DNA of 32,000 bases from an uncultured bacterium. Its GTDB lineage: Bacteria > Cyanobacteriota > Cyanobacteriia > PCC-6307 > Cyanobiaceae. The translations under genes and the position numbers were made by a program. The DNA is taken from the NCBI GenBank assembly GCA_964355015.1, contig CAYHCE010000002.1:45288-77287 (forward strand), in the 5' to 3' direction. The first letter of the stretch is position 1. Each line of letters begins with the position of its first letter. Shown here one piece after another: positions 20,698 to 31,658 of the stretch. The notes below the pieces were generated by a model that worked only from the letters and a program-made list of their open reading frames with translations, had not been told where the DNA came from and made no database searches.

Positions 20698-21756
20698 ATG
20701 CAGGACTGGCCGGGGTTGATCGAGGCCTACAGGCGCTGGCTGCCGGTGTCGGACTCCACGCCGGTGATCACCCTGAGGGAGGGGGCCACACCGCTCATCC
20801 CGGCTCCGGCGATCGCCGCACGGCTGGGCCGCGCCGTGAAGGTGTTCCTCAAGTACGACGGCCTGAACCCCACCGGCAGCTTCAAGGACCGGGGGATGAC
20901 GATGGCGGTGAGCAAGGCCTTGGAGGCCGGCGCCGAAGCGGTGATCTGCGCCAGCACGGGCAACACCAGCGCTGCGGCTGCCGCCTATGCCCGCCGCGGT
21001 GGCATGCGCGCCTTCGTGCTCATTCCCGACGGCTACGTGGCCCAGGGAAAACTTGCCCAGGCACTTGTCTACGGCGCCGAAGTGCTGGCTGTGAAGGGCA
21101 ACTTCGACCGGGCCCTGGCGATCGTGCGCGAAGTTGCCGACGCCTATCCCGTCACCCTGGTGAACTCGCTCAATCCCTACCGGCTGGAGGGGCAGAAAAC
21201 CGCAGCCTTCGAAGTGGTGGACGCCCTGGGCGACGCGCCGGACTGGCTCTGCATCCCGATGGGCAACGCCGGCAACATCAGCGCCTACTGGATGGGGTTC
21301 CAGGAGTATCGCCAGGCCGGCCACAGCCGCAGGCTGCCGCGGATGATGGGCTTCCAGGCCAGCGGCTCAGCTCCCCTGGTGCTGGGTCACACGGTGGAGC
21401 AGCCCGACACGATCGCAACCGCTATCCGGATCGGCAACCCCGCCAACCGGGACAAGGCCCTGAAGGTGAGGGAGCAGAGCGGCGGCGCTTTCCATGCCGT
21501 CACCGATCAGGAGATCCTGGAGGCCTACAAGCTGCTGGGCCGCGAGGAAGGGGTGTTCTGCGAACCTGCCAGCGCGGCCTCGGTGGCGGGTCTGCTGCAG
21601 CAGGCCGACGAAGTTCCGGCTGGAGCCACGGTCGTGTGCGTGCTTACGGGCAACGGCCTCAAGGATCCGAACACCGCCATCGACAACAGCGATGGAGCTT
21701 TCCACGCCGGCCTGGAGCCGGAAGTGGACGTGGTGGCACGGGTGATGGGCTTCTGA
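20698..21756 (+). CDS. thrC: Threonine synthase
   Basis: Contains the PLP-lysine motif [12 protein letters not shown], then [16 protein letters not shown] and [11 protein letters not shown] use ATG 20698 ([17 protein letters not shown]) rather than the track start at 20653. Confidence 0.9.
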   Translation: MQDWPGLIEAYRRWLPVSDSTPVITLREGATPLIPAPAIAARLGRAVKVFLKYDGLNPTGSFKDRGMTMAVSKALEAGAEAVICASTGNTSAAAAAYARRGGMRAFVLIPDGYVAQGKLAQALVYGAEVLAVKGNFDRALAIVREVADAYPVTLVNSLNPYRLEGQKTAAFEVVDALGDAPDWLCIPMGNAGNISAYWMGFQEYRQAGHSRRLPRMMGFQASGSAPLVLGHTVEQPDTIATAIRIGNPANRDKALKVREQSGGAFHAVTDQEILEAYKLLGREEGVFCEPASAASVAGLLQQADEVPAGATVVCVLTGNGLKDPNTAIDNSDGAFHAGLEPEVDVVARVMGF

Positions 21757-21784
21757 TTCGCCAGTTCTGATCCGAAACCCAGCG

Positions 21785-21818
21785 AACCCCGCTCCGGTGG
21801 ACCCGGAGCGGGGTTTCT
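21785..21818 (+). terminator. Rho-independent terminator of thrC
   Basis: A perfect 13-bp stem AACCCCGCTCCGG (21785..21797) pairs with CCGGAGCGGGGTT (21803..21815) around the loop TGGAC, and runs into TTTCT. It lies 29 nt after the thrC stop. Confidence 0.65.
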
Positions 21819-21941
21819 GCATGGGCTGCGGGGGAACGGCTCCGGTCAGAACCGAACAACCACCCAGCAGACCGTCCACGGAAAAGACCGCCTCAACGGG
21901 GGACAGCCGGCGGAGAAGAGAGAGGGCGAGAACCGGCCTTG

Positions 21942-21971
21942 TTTTCCCCAGACGCGGGAAACGGTGGAAAA
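21942..21971. promoter_or_regulatory. Two convergent DnaA-box-like 9-mers
   Basis: TTTTCCCCA at 21942..21950 (top strand, 1 mismatch). GGTGGAAAA at 21963..21971, which is TTTTCCACC on the bottom strand (1 mismatch). Confidence 0.45.
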
Positions 21972-22052
21972 GTGGAGTTCAGGGACCCTTTCGGGCTCCA
22001 TCTCCGCAAGGGTGGAATCGTGAGATCTAGCTGATAACAACGGTTCAGAAGG

Positions 22053-22070
22053 TTTTCCACGTTTTCCCCA
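22053..22070 (+). promoter_or_regulatory. Tandem abutting DnaA-box-like 9-mers
   Basis: TTTTCCACG (22053..22061) is directly followed by TTTTCCCCA (22062..22070). Each is 1 mismatch from TTTTCCACA. Confidence 0.5.
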
Positions 22071-22090
22071 GCCCCTACGGCTACGCAGGG

Positions 22091-22120
22091 ATTTCTTCTT
22101 TTCTTCAATCCTTTAAATCC
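22091..22120. other. AT-rich tract (candidate DNA-unwinding element)
   Basis: ATTTCTTCTTTTCTTCAATCCTTTAAATCC has 8 C, 0 G and 22 A/T out of 30 nt. It is by far the most AT-rich stretch I see in the window, and it sits between the DnaA-box groups. Confidence 0.45.
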
Positions 22121-22140
22121 AGTCGGAGGGCAGGGAAAGT

Positions 22141-22202
22141 CGTTGTGGACAACGGTGTTCAGCGAGGCCGGCCCGTTGCGCTTCCGCCGGCGTTGTGGAA
22201 GC
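22141..22202 (-). promoter_or_regulatory. Two bottom-strand DnaA-box-like 9-mers inside a 9-bp direct repeat spaced 50 bp
   Basis: TGTGGACAA at 22144..22152 is TTGTCCACA on the bottom strand. TGTGGAAGC at 22194..22202 is GCTTCCACA on the bottom strand. Both are embedded in the exact repeat CGTTGTGGA (22141..22149 and 22191..22199). Confidence 0.45.
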
Positions 22203-22249
22203 GTGGTGGGGCCCTTGGCGGGGTTGTCCTTCCCCGGAGTTTCGTTGCG

Positions 22250-23398
22250 ATGAAGCTGGTCTGCTCCCAGGCGGAACTCAGCGCCAGCCTGCAGCTGGTC
22301 AGCCGGGCCGTGGCGGCACGCCCCACCCATCCGGTCCTCGCCAACGTGCTTCTGACTGCCGATGCGGGCACCGGTCGGCTCAGCCTCACCGGCTTCGATC
22401 TCAGCCTCGGCATCCAGACCAGCCTGCCGGCCTCGGTCGAAAACAGTGGCGCCATCACCCTGCCGTCTCGCCTTTTCGGCGAAATCGTCTCCCGCCTCTC
22501 GAGCGAGAGCCCGATCACGCTCAGCTGTGAGGAAGGCCAGGAGCAGGTGGAACTCACCAGCCTCTCGGGCAGCTACCAGATGCGGGGCCTGTCGGCCGAG
22601 GACTTTCCTGACCTCCCTCTGGTCCAGACGGGTGTGCCGATCCGCCTCCAGGTCGATGCCCTGGTGAAGGGGCTGCGGGCCACCCTGTTCGCCAGCAGCG
22701 GCGACGAGGCCAAGCAGCTGCTCACCGGCGTTCACCTTGGTCTCGAGCATCGGGGACTCGAGTGCGCCGCCACGGATGGCCATCGGCTGTCCGTGCTGCG
22801 CCTGGAGAACGCCTCCTCCGCCACCGAGCCGCTCGACGCTGCAGAAGCCTTCGCGGTCACCGTGCCGGCACGGTCGCTGCGGGAACTCGAGCGGCTCCTC
22901 TCGGCCCGTCAGTCCCAGGAGCCGGTCAGCCTCTACTGCGACCGCGGCCAGGTGGTCTTCCTCTGGGCCGACCAGGTCCTCACCAGCCGCAGCCTCGATG
23001 GCACCTATCCCAACTACCGGCAGTTGATTCCCGCCAGCTTCAGTCGCAGCCTCGAGCTCGACCGGCGCGGCTTCGTCAATGCCCTCGAGCGGGTCGCCGT
23101 ATTGGCCGACCAGCACAACAACGTCGTCAAACTCAGCAGTGACCCTGCGGCAGGCCAGCTCCATATCAGCGCCGATGCTCAGGACGTGGGCAGCGGATCC
23201 GAGGATCTGCCGGCCTTGATCAGCGGCGACGCCATCGAGATCGCCTTCAACGTGCGTTATGTGCTGGATGGCCTCAAGGCGATGACGGCCGAGCGGGTGG
23301 AACTGCGCTGCAACGCTCCAACGACGCCGGTGGTGCTGACCCCGGTCGAGGATCCGAGCTTCACCTACCTGGTGATGCCCGTCCAGATCCGCAGCTGA
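22250..23398 (+). CDS. dnaN: DNA polymerase III beta subunit (sliding clamp)
   Basis: Starts MKLVCSQAELSASLQLVSRAVAARPTHPVLANVLLTAD, contains ATDGHRLS and YPNYRQLIP, and ends with the C-terminal YLVMPVQIRS. I use ATG 22250; the track start at 22145 lies in the origin region. Confidence 0.95.
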   Translation: MKLVCSQAELSASLQLVSRAVAARPTHPVLANVLLTADAGTGRLSLTGFDLSLGIQTSLPASVENSGAITLPSRLFGEIVSRLSSESPITLSCEEGQEQVELTSLSGSYQMRGLSAEDFPDLPLVQTGVPIRLQVDALVKGLRATLFASSGDEAKQLLTGVHLGLEHRGLECAATDGHRLSVLRLENASSATEPLDAAEAFAVTVPARSLRELERLLSARQSQEPVSLYCDRGQVVFLWADQVLTSRSLDGTYPNYRQLIPASFSRSLELDRRGFVNALERVAVLADQHNNVVKLSSDPAAGQLHISADAQDVGSGSEDLPALISGDAIEIAFNVRYVLDGLKAMTAERVELRCNAPTTPVVLTPVEDPSFTYLVMPVQIRS

Positions 23399-23402
23399 CG
23401 CC

Positions 23403-24266
23403 GTGAGTCTTCCGGAGCAGTTGCTGCTCAGCGATCTCCTGAGGCTGCGGGTCCGCTGCGATCAGGGTCTCGACCACGGTCCGGGCCTGCAGGGCTGGAT
23501 GCATCCGCCCGTCCACCGCCTGCTGGGATGGGCGAGTAAGCCCTCGGCCTTTGGCTCCCGCCGGCTGGTCTGGCGGCTCGATCAGCTTCGGGGCCTCACC
23601 GAGCTCGAGGCCCTTGTGCAGGGAGCCCCGGCCGAAACCGACCAGAACACCCTCGATCGTCTCCCCACCCTGCTCGAAGCGGCCCTGCTCGGCGCGGAAG
23701 CCCAGCTCCTGGGAACGGTGGCCGATGCCGCCGTGGAACTCCGTACGGGCCGCATCCTCCACTACCTCGTCTCCCGCAGCGATCCCCGCCTGCCTGGCAG
23801 CAGCCGCTGGCGGCTGACGCCGGACCGGATCGTCGACCAGCAGCCGGGTCAGGTGAAGACCGCTCTGGCAGGCCTCGAAGATCTGCCCCTGGCCCGGGCG
23901 AGTGTGCGTCAGGAACTGCTACGCCGTTCCCGTCGTTGGCGCGACCAGGTGGGCCAGGAGACCTCGCGCCTGCGCGACCAGTTCCAGCAGGCCGGCGACC
24001 GGTTCGAGGAACGGCTGGAAGGCTGGCTCGAGGAACCTCCCTGGGAGGACCCGGCCGCTGCGGCCGGTACGCCCATCGACAACGACCCCAGGGACACCGA
24101 TCGCCGGCCGCAGCCCGATGAGCGCCAGGAGTGGTACGGTCTCGACGACTGGGACGAACCGCAGGAGCCGCCCCCGCAGCGTTCCTCCCGCAGAGCCCCA
24201 TCCGGCCCCGTCCGGCCCCGCCGGTTGGAAGACGATCCCAACGGCGAGGACGATCCCTGGATCTGA
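23403..24266 (+). CDS. Conserved hypothetical protein: two PRC-barrel-like repeats plus a charged, Pro/Asp/Trp-rich disordered tail
   Basis: 287-aa ORF whose GTG start lies 4 nt after the dnaN stop. [22 protein letters not shown]... and [30 protein letters not shown] resemble PRC-barrel strands. The position (dnaN, hypothetical, purL) matches the conserved picocyanobacterial gene order. The domain call is from memory. Confidence 0.6.
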   Translation: MSLPEQLLLSDLLRLRVRCDQGLDHGPGLQGWMHPPVHRLLGWASKPSAFGSRRLVWRLDQLRGLTELEALVQGAPAETDQNTLDRLPTLLEAALLGAEAQLLGTVADAAVELRTGRILHYLVSRSDPRLPGSSRWRLTPDRIVDQQPGQVKTALAGLEDLPLARASVRQELLRRSRRWRDQVGQETSRLRDQFQQAGDRFEERLEGWLEEPPWEDPAAAAGTPIDNDPRDTDRRPQPDERQEWYGLDDWDEPQEPPPQRSSRRAPSGPVRPRRLEDDPNGEDDPWI

Positions 24267-24292
24267 TACTGGAAGCCCGTTGCCCGCCCATC

Positions 24293-26644
24293 GTGGTCGC
24301 CACCCCGTTCTTCCCGGTCGCCGACGCCCTGCGGCAGGAGGGGTTGAGCCAGGCCGACTACGCGGAGATCGTGCGGCGGCTGGGTCGGGAGCCGAACCGG
24401 GCCGAGCTGGGCATGTTCGGCGTGATGTGGTCCGAACACTGCTGCTACCGCAATTCCAGACCCCTGCTGCGGGGCTTCCCCACCACCGGGCCCCGCATCC
24501 TGGTGGGGCCCGGTGAGAACGCCGGGGTGGTGGATCTGGGCCAGGGGCAACGACTCGCCTTCAAGATCGAGAGCCACAACCATCCCTCCGCCGTGGAGCC
24601 GTTCCAGGGGGCGGCCACGGGGGTGGGCGGCATCTTGCGCGACATCTTCACGATGGGCGCACGGCCGATCGCCCTGCTCAACGCCCTGCGCTTCGGTCCC
24701 CTCGAAGACGCGCGAAACGTCGGTCTGATGGAGGGGGTGGTGGCCGGCATCGCCCACTACGGCAACTGCGTCGGCGTGCCGACCGTCGGTGGCGAAGTGG
24801 CCTTCGACCCCAGCTACAGCGGCAATCCTCTCGTCAACGCCATGGCCCTGGGGCTGATGGAAACCGAGGACATCGTCTGCTCCGGTGCCGCCGGTGTCGG
24901 CAACCCTGTGGTGTACGTGGGCAGCACCACGGGCCGTGACGGCATGGGTGGCGCCAGCTTCGCCAGCGCCGAGCTGAGCAAGGCCTCGCTCGACGATCGC
25001 CCCGCCGTGCAGGTGGGCGACCCCTTCCTCGAGAAGGGGTTGATCGAGGCTTGCCTGGAGGCCTTCGAGAGTGGTGATGTGGTGGCGGCCCAGGACATGG
25101 GCGCCGCCGGCCTCACCTGCAGCTGCTCCGAAATGGCCGCCAAGGGCGGCCTGGGCATCGAGCTCGATCTGGATCGGGTGCCGGCCAGGGAACAGGGCAT
25201 GACCGCCTACGAGTACCTGCTGAGCGAATCCCAGGAGCGAATGCTGTTCGTGGTGAAGGCCGGCCGCCAGGAGGCCCTGATGGAGCGCTTCCGCCGCTGG
25301 GGCCTGCAGGCGGCGGTGGTGGGACGGGTGCTGGAAGAGAACGTGGTGCGGGTGCTGCAGCACGGCTGTGTGGCGGCCGAGGTGCCCGCCGATGCCCTCG
25401 CCGACGACACGCCGATCAACCACCACGATCTCCTGGCCGAACCACCCGCGGAGGTTCACCGCCACTGGCAGTGGCGTGAGAGCGATCTCCCGCCTGCCAC
25501 AACGGCGGGCATCGCATCCCATCCGGGCGTCGGGTCGCTCGGCTGGGCCGAGGTGCTGCTGACCCTGCTCGACGACCCCACCATCGCCAGCAAACGGTGG
25601 GTCTGGCGCCAGTACGACCATCAGGTTCAGGCCAACACGGTGGTGCCGCCGGGTGGTGCCGATGCGGCGGTGGTGCGGCTGCGGCCCCAGCAGGGGGCGG
25701 GTTCCCTGCAGCCCGCGACCCGCGCCGTGGCGGCCACCGTCGACTGCCCCAATCGCTGGGTGGCCCTCGACCCGGAGCGGGGCGCCGTGGCGGCGGTGGC
25801 GGAAGCGGCGCGCAATCTCTCCTGTGCGGGAGCCGAACCGCTCGCCGTCAGCGACAACCTCAACTTCCCCTCGCCGGACACCCCCACCGGCTACTGGCAG
25901 CTGGCCCAGGCCTGCCGGGGTCTGGCCGAGGCCTGCAGCGCCCTCGCCACGCCGATCACCGGGGGCAACGTTTCCCTCTACAACGAAACCCGCCTGCCGG
26001 ATGGAACCCTTCAGCCGATCCATCCCACCCCTGTCGTCGGTATGGTCGGGCTGGTGCACGATCTGGCCCACGTCACCGGCCTGGCCTGGCGGCGGCCGGG
26101 AGATACCATCTGGCTGCTGGGCATGCCCCTGGCAGCAGACGCCGACGACGATCGTCTGGGCCTGGCCGCCGGCAGCTATCTGGAGAGGATTCACGGTCTC
26201 CGTACCGGCCGCCCTCCCCGCACCGATCTGGGGCTCGAACGGGAGGTTCAGGCCCTCCTGCGCGAGGCGATCGCCGCCGGCCTGGTGGCCTCGGCCCACG
26301 ACCTCAGCGACGGCGGACTGGCGGTGGCGGCGGCGGAAGCTTGCATCGCCTCCGCTCTGGGCGCCTCCCTGACGCTGCCCGCGACCGGGGGCCGACCCGA
26401 CCGGTTGCTGTTCGCCGAAGGGGGTGCCCGCATCCTGGTGAGCGTGGCGCCTGCTGAGGAGAGGGGCTGGCGTTCCCTTCTGGCTTCCACTCCAGAGGTG
26501 CCCGCGGCCCCGATCGGGCGGGTGGAGGAGCGGCCCGAGCTGCGGATCGAGCGGGATGGGGTCACCCTGCTGGCGGTACCGGTCGAGCAGCTCAGCGGCA
26601 TATACGAAGCGGCTCTGCCGCGCCGCCTCTCTGCCACGAACTGA
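24293..26644 (+). CDS. purL: Phosphoribosylformylglycinamidine synthase subunit PurL (FGAM synthase II)
   Basis: Contains [50 protein letters not shown] and [12 protein letters not shown]. There is no ATG near the conserved N-terminus, so I use the in-frame GTG at 24293 ([18 protein letters not shown]...). The track start at 24131 overlaps the upstream gene. Confidence 0.9.
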   Translation: MVATPFFPVADALRQEGLSQADYAEIVRRLGREPNRAELGMFGVMWSEHCCYRNSRPLLRGFPTTGPRILVGPGENAGVVDLGQGQRLAFKIESHNHPSAVEPFQGAATGVGGILRDIFTMGARPIALLNALRFGPLEDARNVGLMEGVVAGIAHYGNCVGVPTVGGEVAFDPSYSGNPLVNAMALGLMETEDIVCSGAAGVGNPVVYVGSTTGRDGMGGASFASAELSKASLDDRPAVQVGDPFLEKGLIEACLEAFESGDVVAAQDMGAAGLTCSCSEMAAKGGLGIELDLDRVPAREQGMTAYEYLLSESQERMLFVVKAGRQEALMERFRRWGLQAAVVGRVLEENVVRVLQHGCVAAEVPADALADDTPINHHDLLAEPPAEVHRHWQWRESDLPPATTAGIASHPGVGSLGWAEVLLTLLDDPTIASKRWVWRQYDHQVQANTVVPPGGADAAVVRLRPQQGAGSLQPATRAVAATVDCPNRWVALDPERGAVAAVAEAARNLSCAGAEPLAVSDNLNFPSPDTPTGYWQLAQACRGLAEACSALATPITGGNVSLYNETRLPDGTLQPIHPTPVVGMVGLVHDLAHVTGLAWRRPGDTIWLLGMPLAADADDDRLGLAAGSYLERIHGLRTGRPPRTDLGLEREVQALLREAIAAGLVASAHDLSDGGLAVAAAEACIASALGASLTLPATGGRPDRLLFAEGGARILVSVAPAEERGWRSLLASTPEVPAAPIGRVEERPELRIERDGVTLLAVPVEQLSGIYEAALPRRLSATN

Positions 26645-26747
26645 GGCACAATATGAAGGTAAAAGAAAGGTGAACGGGCCTGTGGCATCTGCGCACCTCA
26701 CGCCGCACCAGCCCGCTCCCATCGAGAGGCCTGAACAGCCCGATCGC

Positions 26748-28178
<1,431 letters not shown>

Positions 28179-28213
28179 GGGTTCTTCGGTTCTGACCGGG
28201 ACACAGGCTTTGT

Positions 28214-30670
28214 TCAGGTCAGCAGCGGCACCAGTTCGGCAATGCTGTCCCCGCTGCCTGGCGTCACGCTGATGCCGCTGCCGCCGCAGTCTTCCCGGTT
28301 GAGTGCGGCCACGGCCAGCCGCAGGCTGCGGCCACTGGCGAGACGGATCGCCGCCAGCGGCTGATCAGTGGCCTGCAGATCCACCAACCCATCGCCACGG
28401 TTGCTGAAGCGCAGGCCGATCTGCCCCAGATCGCCCCGCGCGCAGCGGCGCAGACTGTCCACGGCCAGCCGCTTGATCTGTCCCTGGCGGCTGGCCAGCA
28501 GCACGTCACCGGCCTCGTCCACACAGGCGGCTCCCACCACGCTCTCGCCAGGCAGAAGCCGCAGCAGCATCGGTCCCTGGGCCGCCTTGCCCATCAGCGG
28601 CAGGGTCGCATCGTTCACCTCCAGCCGCAACATCCGTCCGGTGCTGGTGGCCACCAACAGATCCTGCCCCTCGCAGCATTCCACCACGCGGCACAGCTGG
28701 ACGCCATCCCTGAGCTTGAGCACGGTGGCGGCCCGGCCGGAGAGCTCCAGGAAGGCCTCGATCGGCAGTCGCTTGAAGCGGCCGTCGCTGCTGAGCAGAC
28801 CGAGGCTGCCGCTCGGCTCCGCCCCCAGGCGAAACAGCTGGACGATCGGATCGCCCGCCAGTCCGTCCGGCAGGAACTTCTCCAGCACCCCTGGCTGCTG
28901 GCCGGCGAACTCCCAGCGCAGCAGCGCCACCCGGCCACCGGCACTGAAGGCCAGCACGGCCGGTTTCTCCGCCACCGGCAGGATCAGCCGTGCCGGGGCG
29001 GGGTGGTCGCCGATCGTGACCGGCTCCTCCAGATGGAGACGCCCGAGCAACTGGGGGCCCACGATCCTCACCAGGCCATCGGTCTGGATCAGCAGGCGGA
29101 CGTCTGCCGGCAGGGCCTCAAGGGCCTGCTGACGCTGCAGCTCGGTGTTGGGCCGCACCGCCGCGGCCCGTTGGGCGACCAGCTCGTCGCCACCCGCCAC
29201 CAGACGGGTGCGGCGCGGGGTGGCATAGCGCTTCTTGAGCGCCCTGAGCTCGGTCACCATCGCATCGAGCAGGGCCTGGCGATCGTCCAGGAGATGGCGG
29301 AGCCGCTCCCGCTCCTCGGCCAGTTCGCTGGCCTCCTTGCGCAGGCCGTCCTGCTCCAGGCTGGTGAGCCGCCGCAACGGCATGGCCAGCACGGCCTCCG
29401 CCTGGCGCTCGCTCAGATCGAAGTGCACCTGCAGGCTGGCCCGCGCAGCGGCGGCGTCCGTGGCGGCCTGAATCCGCTCGATCACTTCCGGCAGGGCGTC
29501 GAGAGCGCGGATCAGCCCCTCCACCACTTCGAGCCGGTCCTCGCAGCGCTTGAGGGCGTGACGGGTGCGGCGGATCAGGGTGTGTTCCCGGTACTCCAGG
29601 AACTGCGCCAGCAGCTGGCGCAGGCTGAGCTGCTGGGGCTGGCCGTTCACCAGGGCCAGCAGGATGGCGCCGAAGTTGCTCTGCAGCGCGGTGCGACGCT
29701 GCAGTTCGCCCAGCACCTTGTCCGGGTCGGCGTCACGGCGCAGCTCGATCACCACCCGCATCCCGTCCCGATCGCTCTCGTCGCGGATGTCGGCGATGCC
29801 ACCGATCTTGCCCTCGTTGACCTGCTCTGCCAGCTTCTCGATCCAGCCCGCCTTGCTGAGCTGGTAGGGGAGCTCAGTCACCACCACCGCCGCTCGGCGA
29901 TGCCGGCCCTTGCCGGGCTGCACCTCCTCGATGTGGGCCACCCCTCGCATCGGGATGCTGCCGCGGCCGTTCAGGTAGGTATCGCGTACGCCGCTGCCCG
30001 TCAGCACCTCGCCGCCGGTGGGGAAATCAGGGCCGGGAACCAGCTCCAGCAGCTTCTCGTCGCCGAGCTCGGGCTTGCGGATCAGGGCGATCAGCGCCTC
30101 CACCACCTCACCGAGGTTGTGGGGCGGAATGCTGGTGGCCATCCCCACGGCGATGCCGGAGCAGCCGTTGAGCAGCAGGAAGGGCAGCTGGGCCGGCAGC
30201 ACCGTGGGCTCCTGCTGGGAGCCGTCGAAGTTGGAGGCGAAATCGACCGTGTCGTCGCCGATCTCATCGAGCAGCGCCTGATGGGCGATCGGCGCCAGCC
30301 GGGTTTCTGTGTATCGCATCGCGGCCGGTGGGTCGTCGTCCACCGAGCCGAAGTTGCCGTGACCATCGAGCAGCGGATGGCGACTGGCGAAGGTCTGCAC
30401 CAGCCGTACCAGGGCGTCATAGACCGCCTGATCGCCATGGGGGTGGTACTTGCCGAGCACATCGCCCACCACCCGGGCGCACTTGCGATAGGGACGATCC
30501 GGGGTCAGCCCCAGCTCGTGCATCGCGAACAGGATCCGTCGCTGCACTGGCTTGAGGCCATCGCGCACGTCCGGAAGAGCCCGGCCCACGATCACGCTCA
30601 TGGCGTACTCGAGGTAGGAGCGCTGCATCTCCTGATGCAGGGCGATCGGCTGAACGCGCTCCTCGGCCAT
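28214..30670 (-). CDS. Type IIA topoisomerase A subunit paralogue (GyrA/ParC family) lacking a GyrA box
   Basis: 818-aa ORF with an ATG start. It has [38 protein letters not shown] and the active-site [10 protein letters not shown] (catalytic Tyr present). The C-terminal beta-pinwheel region shows no QRRGGKG-type GyrA box. Confidence 0.9.
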   Translation of the reverse strand: MAEERVQPIALHQEMQRSYLEYAMSVIVGRALPDVRDGLKPVQRRILFAMHELGLTPDRPYRKCARVVGDVLGKYHPHGDQAVYDALVRLVQTFASRHPLLDGHGNFGSVDDDPPAAMRYTETRLAPIAHQALLDEIGDDTVDFASNFDGSQQEPTVLPAQLPFLLLNGCSGIAVGMATSIPPHNLGEVVEALIALIRKPELGDEKLLELVPGPDFPTGGEVLTGSGVRDTYLNGRGSIPMRGVAHIEEVQPGKGRHRRAAVVVTELPYQLSKAGWIEKLAEQVNEGKIGGIADIRDESDRDGMRVVIELRRDADPDKVLGELQRRTALQSNFGAILLALVNGQPQQLSLRQLLAQFLEYREHTLIRRTRHALKRCEDRLEVVEGLIRALDALPEVIERIQAATDAAAARASLQVHFDLSERQAEAVLAMPLRRLTSLEQDGLRKEASELAEERERLRHLLDDRQALLDAMVTELRALKKRYATPRRTRLVAGGDELVAQRAAAVRPNTELQRQQALEALPADVRLLIQTDGLVRIVGPQLLGRLHLEEPVTIGDHPAPARLILPVAEKPAVLAFSAGGRVALLRWEFAGQQPGVLEKFLPDGLAGDPIVQLFRLGAEPSGSLGLLSSDGRFKRLPIEAFLELSGRAATVLKLRDGVQLCRVVECCEGQDLLVATSTGRMLRLEVNDATLPLMGKAAQGPMLLRLLPGESVVGAACVDEAGDVLLASRQGQIKRLAVDSLRRCARGDLGQIGLRFSNRGDGLVDLQATDQPLAAIRLASGRSLRLAVAALNREDCGGSGISVTPGSGDSIAELVPLLT

Positions 30671-30729
30671 CCGGGTCTGGGGTCTGAGGGCGGAAGGGGC
30701 TCAGCCTACAGATCTCGTCCAGACCGGCC

Positions 30730-31632
30730 CTATTCGCCGGTCTCCTCCTCCGTGTCGCTGCTGCCGCTGGCGTTGGCGCTGGCCCGGTCCACAGCGGCCT
30801 TGAGGCTCGGAGAGCCCAGCAGGGTCTGCGTGCTGGCCCGCAGCCGCGGACCCCAGAGCTGTTCCTTCTGGTACGCCTCCAACACGTAGTTGGGTTCAAG
30901 GCCGAGGGCCTGGCTGGCCAGTGCCTGGGCTTCGGTCTTGCCGTCCGGGGTGGTGTGGAGCGCGGAGGCGAGGGCCAGCATCGGTTCGGCGCCCTTGGGA
31001 TTGATCGCCAGGGCCCGGCGCCAGCGCTGAATCGCCTCGGCGTTGCGGCCCAGCTCGAACAGCACCAGCCCCTGGTTGTTGATCGCTTCCCAGAAGTCCT
31101 TGCGCAGGGCTGAGGCCCGTTCGAAGGACCCCAGGGCTGCCTGGGGATTGTTCAGAAGCAGGTGGGCGTTGCCCAGGTCGAAGTAGGCGCCGGGATTCTT
31201 CCCGTCGATGCGGAGACCCTCCTCCAGCAGCCCGACCGCCTGGCCGGGCTGACCATCCCGCAGCGCCAGCGATCCCTCCGCGAACCAGATGCCGGGATTG
31301 CGCGGATCCAGTTGCTTGGCCCGCGCCAGGGACTGGCTGGCCTGCTTGATCTGATTGCTGCGCAACTGGGCTTCCGCCAGCAGAACCCAGCCACGGGGAT
31401 CCTCGGGAAGCAGGCGAACGGTGAGGGCCGCCAGCCGGGCCGCGTCATCGGCCTGACCGAGGCGCAGCAGGCGGGTGGCTGCCTGGGCGATGCCAAGCCC
31501 CGCGGCCTCGAGCTCCTGGCTGCGCGGCACATAGACGTAGGGGACCAGGGCCAGGGCCGCAGGAGCGGAGCCGATCACCATGGACAAGGCCAGTGGAGCC
31601 ATCGCCAGATGTTTGAACCAGCGCGGTGCCAT
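30730..31632 (-). CDS. Tetratricopeptide-repeat protein with N-terminal signal/anchor sequence
   Basis: 300-aa ORF with an ATG start. The hydrophobic N-terminus is LAMAPLALSMVIGSAPAALA. There are multiple 34-aa TPR-like units (for example AYFDLGNAHLLLNNPQAALGSFERASALRKDFWEA and INNQGLVLFELGRNAEAIQRWRRALAINP). Confidence 0.8.
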   Translation of the reverse strand: MAPRWFKHLAMAPLALSMVIGSAPAALALVPYVYVPRSQELEAAGLGIAQAATRLLRLGQADDAARLAALTVRLLPEDPRGWVLLAEAQLRSNQIKQASQSLARAKQLDPRNPGIWFAEGSLALRDGQPGQAVGLLEEGLRIDGKNPGAYFDLGNAHLLLNNPQAALGSFERASALRKDFWEAINNQGLVLFELGRNAEAIQRWRRALAINPKGAEPMLALASALHTTPDGKTEAQALASQALGLEPNYVLEAYQKEQLWGPRLRASTQTLLGSPSLKAAVDRASANASGSSDTEEETGE

Positions 31633-31658
31633 GCCAGCCGTTCATTCCCTGATACAGC

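Larger units (their letters stand above)
21940..22205. other. Candidate chromosomal origin of replication (oriC): DnaA-box cluster with an AT-rich element, immediately upstream of dnaN
   Basis: This is the largest non-coding gap in the window. At least six 9-mers are within 1-2 mismatches of the cyanobacterial DnaA box TTTTCCACA. There is a 30-bp tract of 27% G+C in a roughly 2/3 G+C genome, and dnaN is adjacent. See the individual box features and finding 1. Confidence 0.6.

Noticed and set aside
21893-23164. 423-aa minus-strand ORF spanning the origin region and dnaN
   Set aside because: It is antisense to dnaN (a clear beta-clamp sequence) and extends into non-coding origin DNA. It is a shadow ORF.
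26556-26747. 64-aa N-terminal extension of purF in the track ORF; likewise 24131..24292 for purL, 22145..22249 for dnaN and 4366..4413 for argG
   Set aside because: The extensions overlap upstream genes or non-coding DNA and precede the conserved N-termini. An internal ATG or GTG start fits each family better. GTG 26670 remains a possible purF start.
29003-30889. 628-aa plus-strand ORF
   Set aside because: It is antisense to the GyrA/ParC-like gene, which has unambiguous topoisomerase motifs. It is a shadow ORF.
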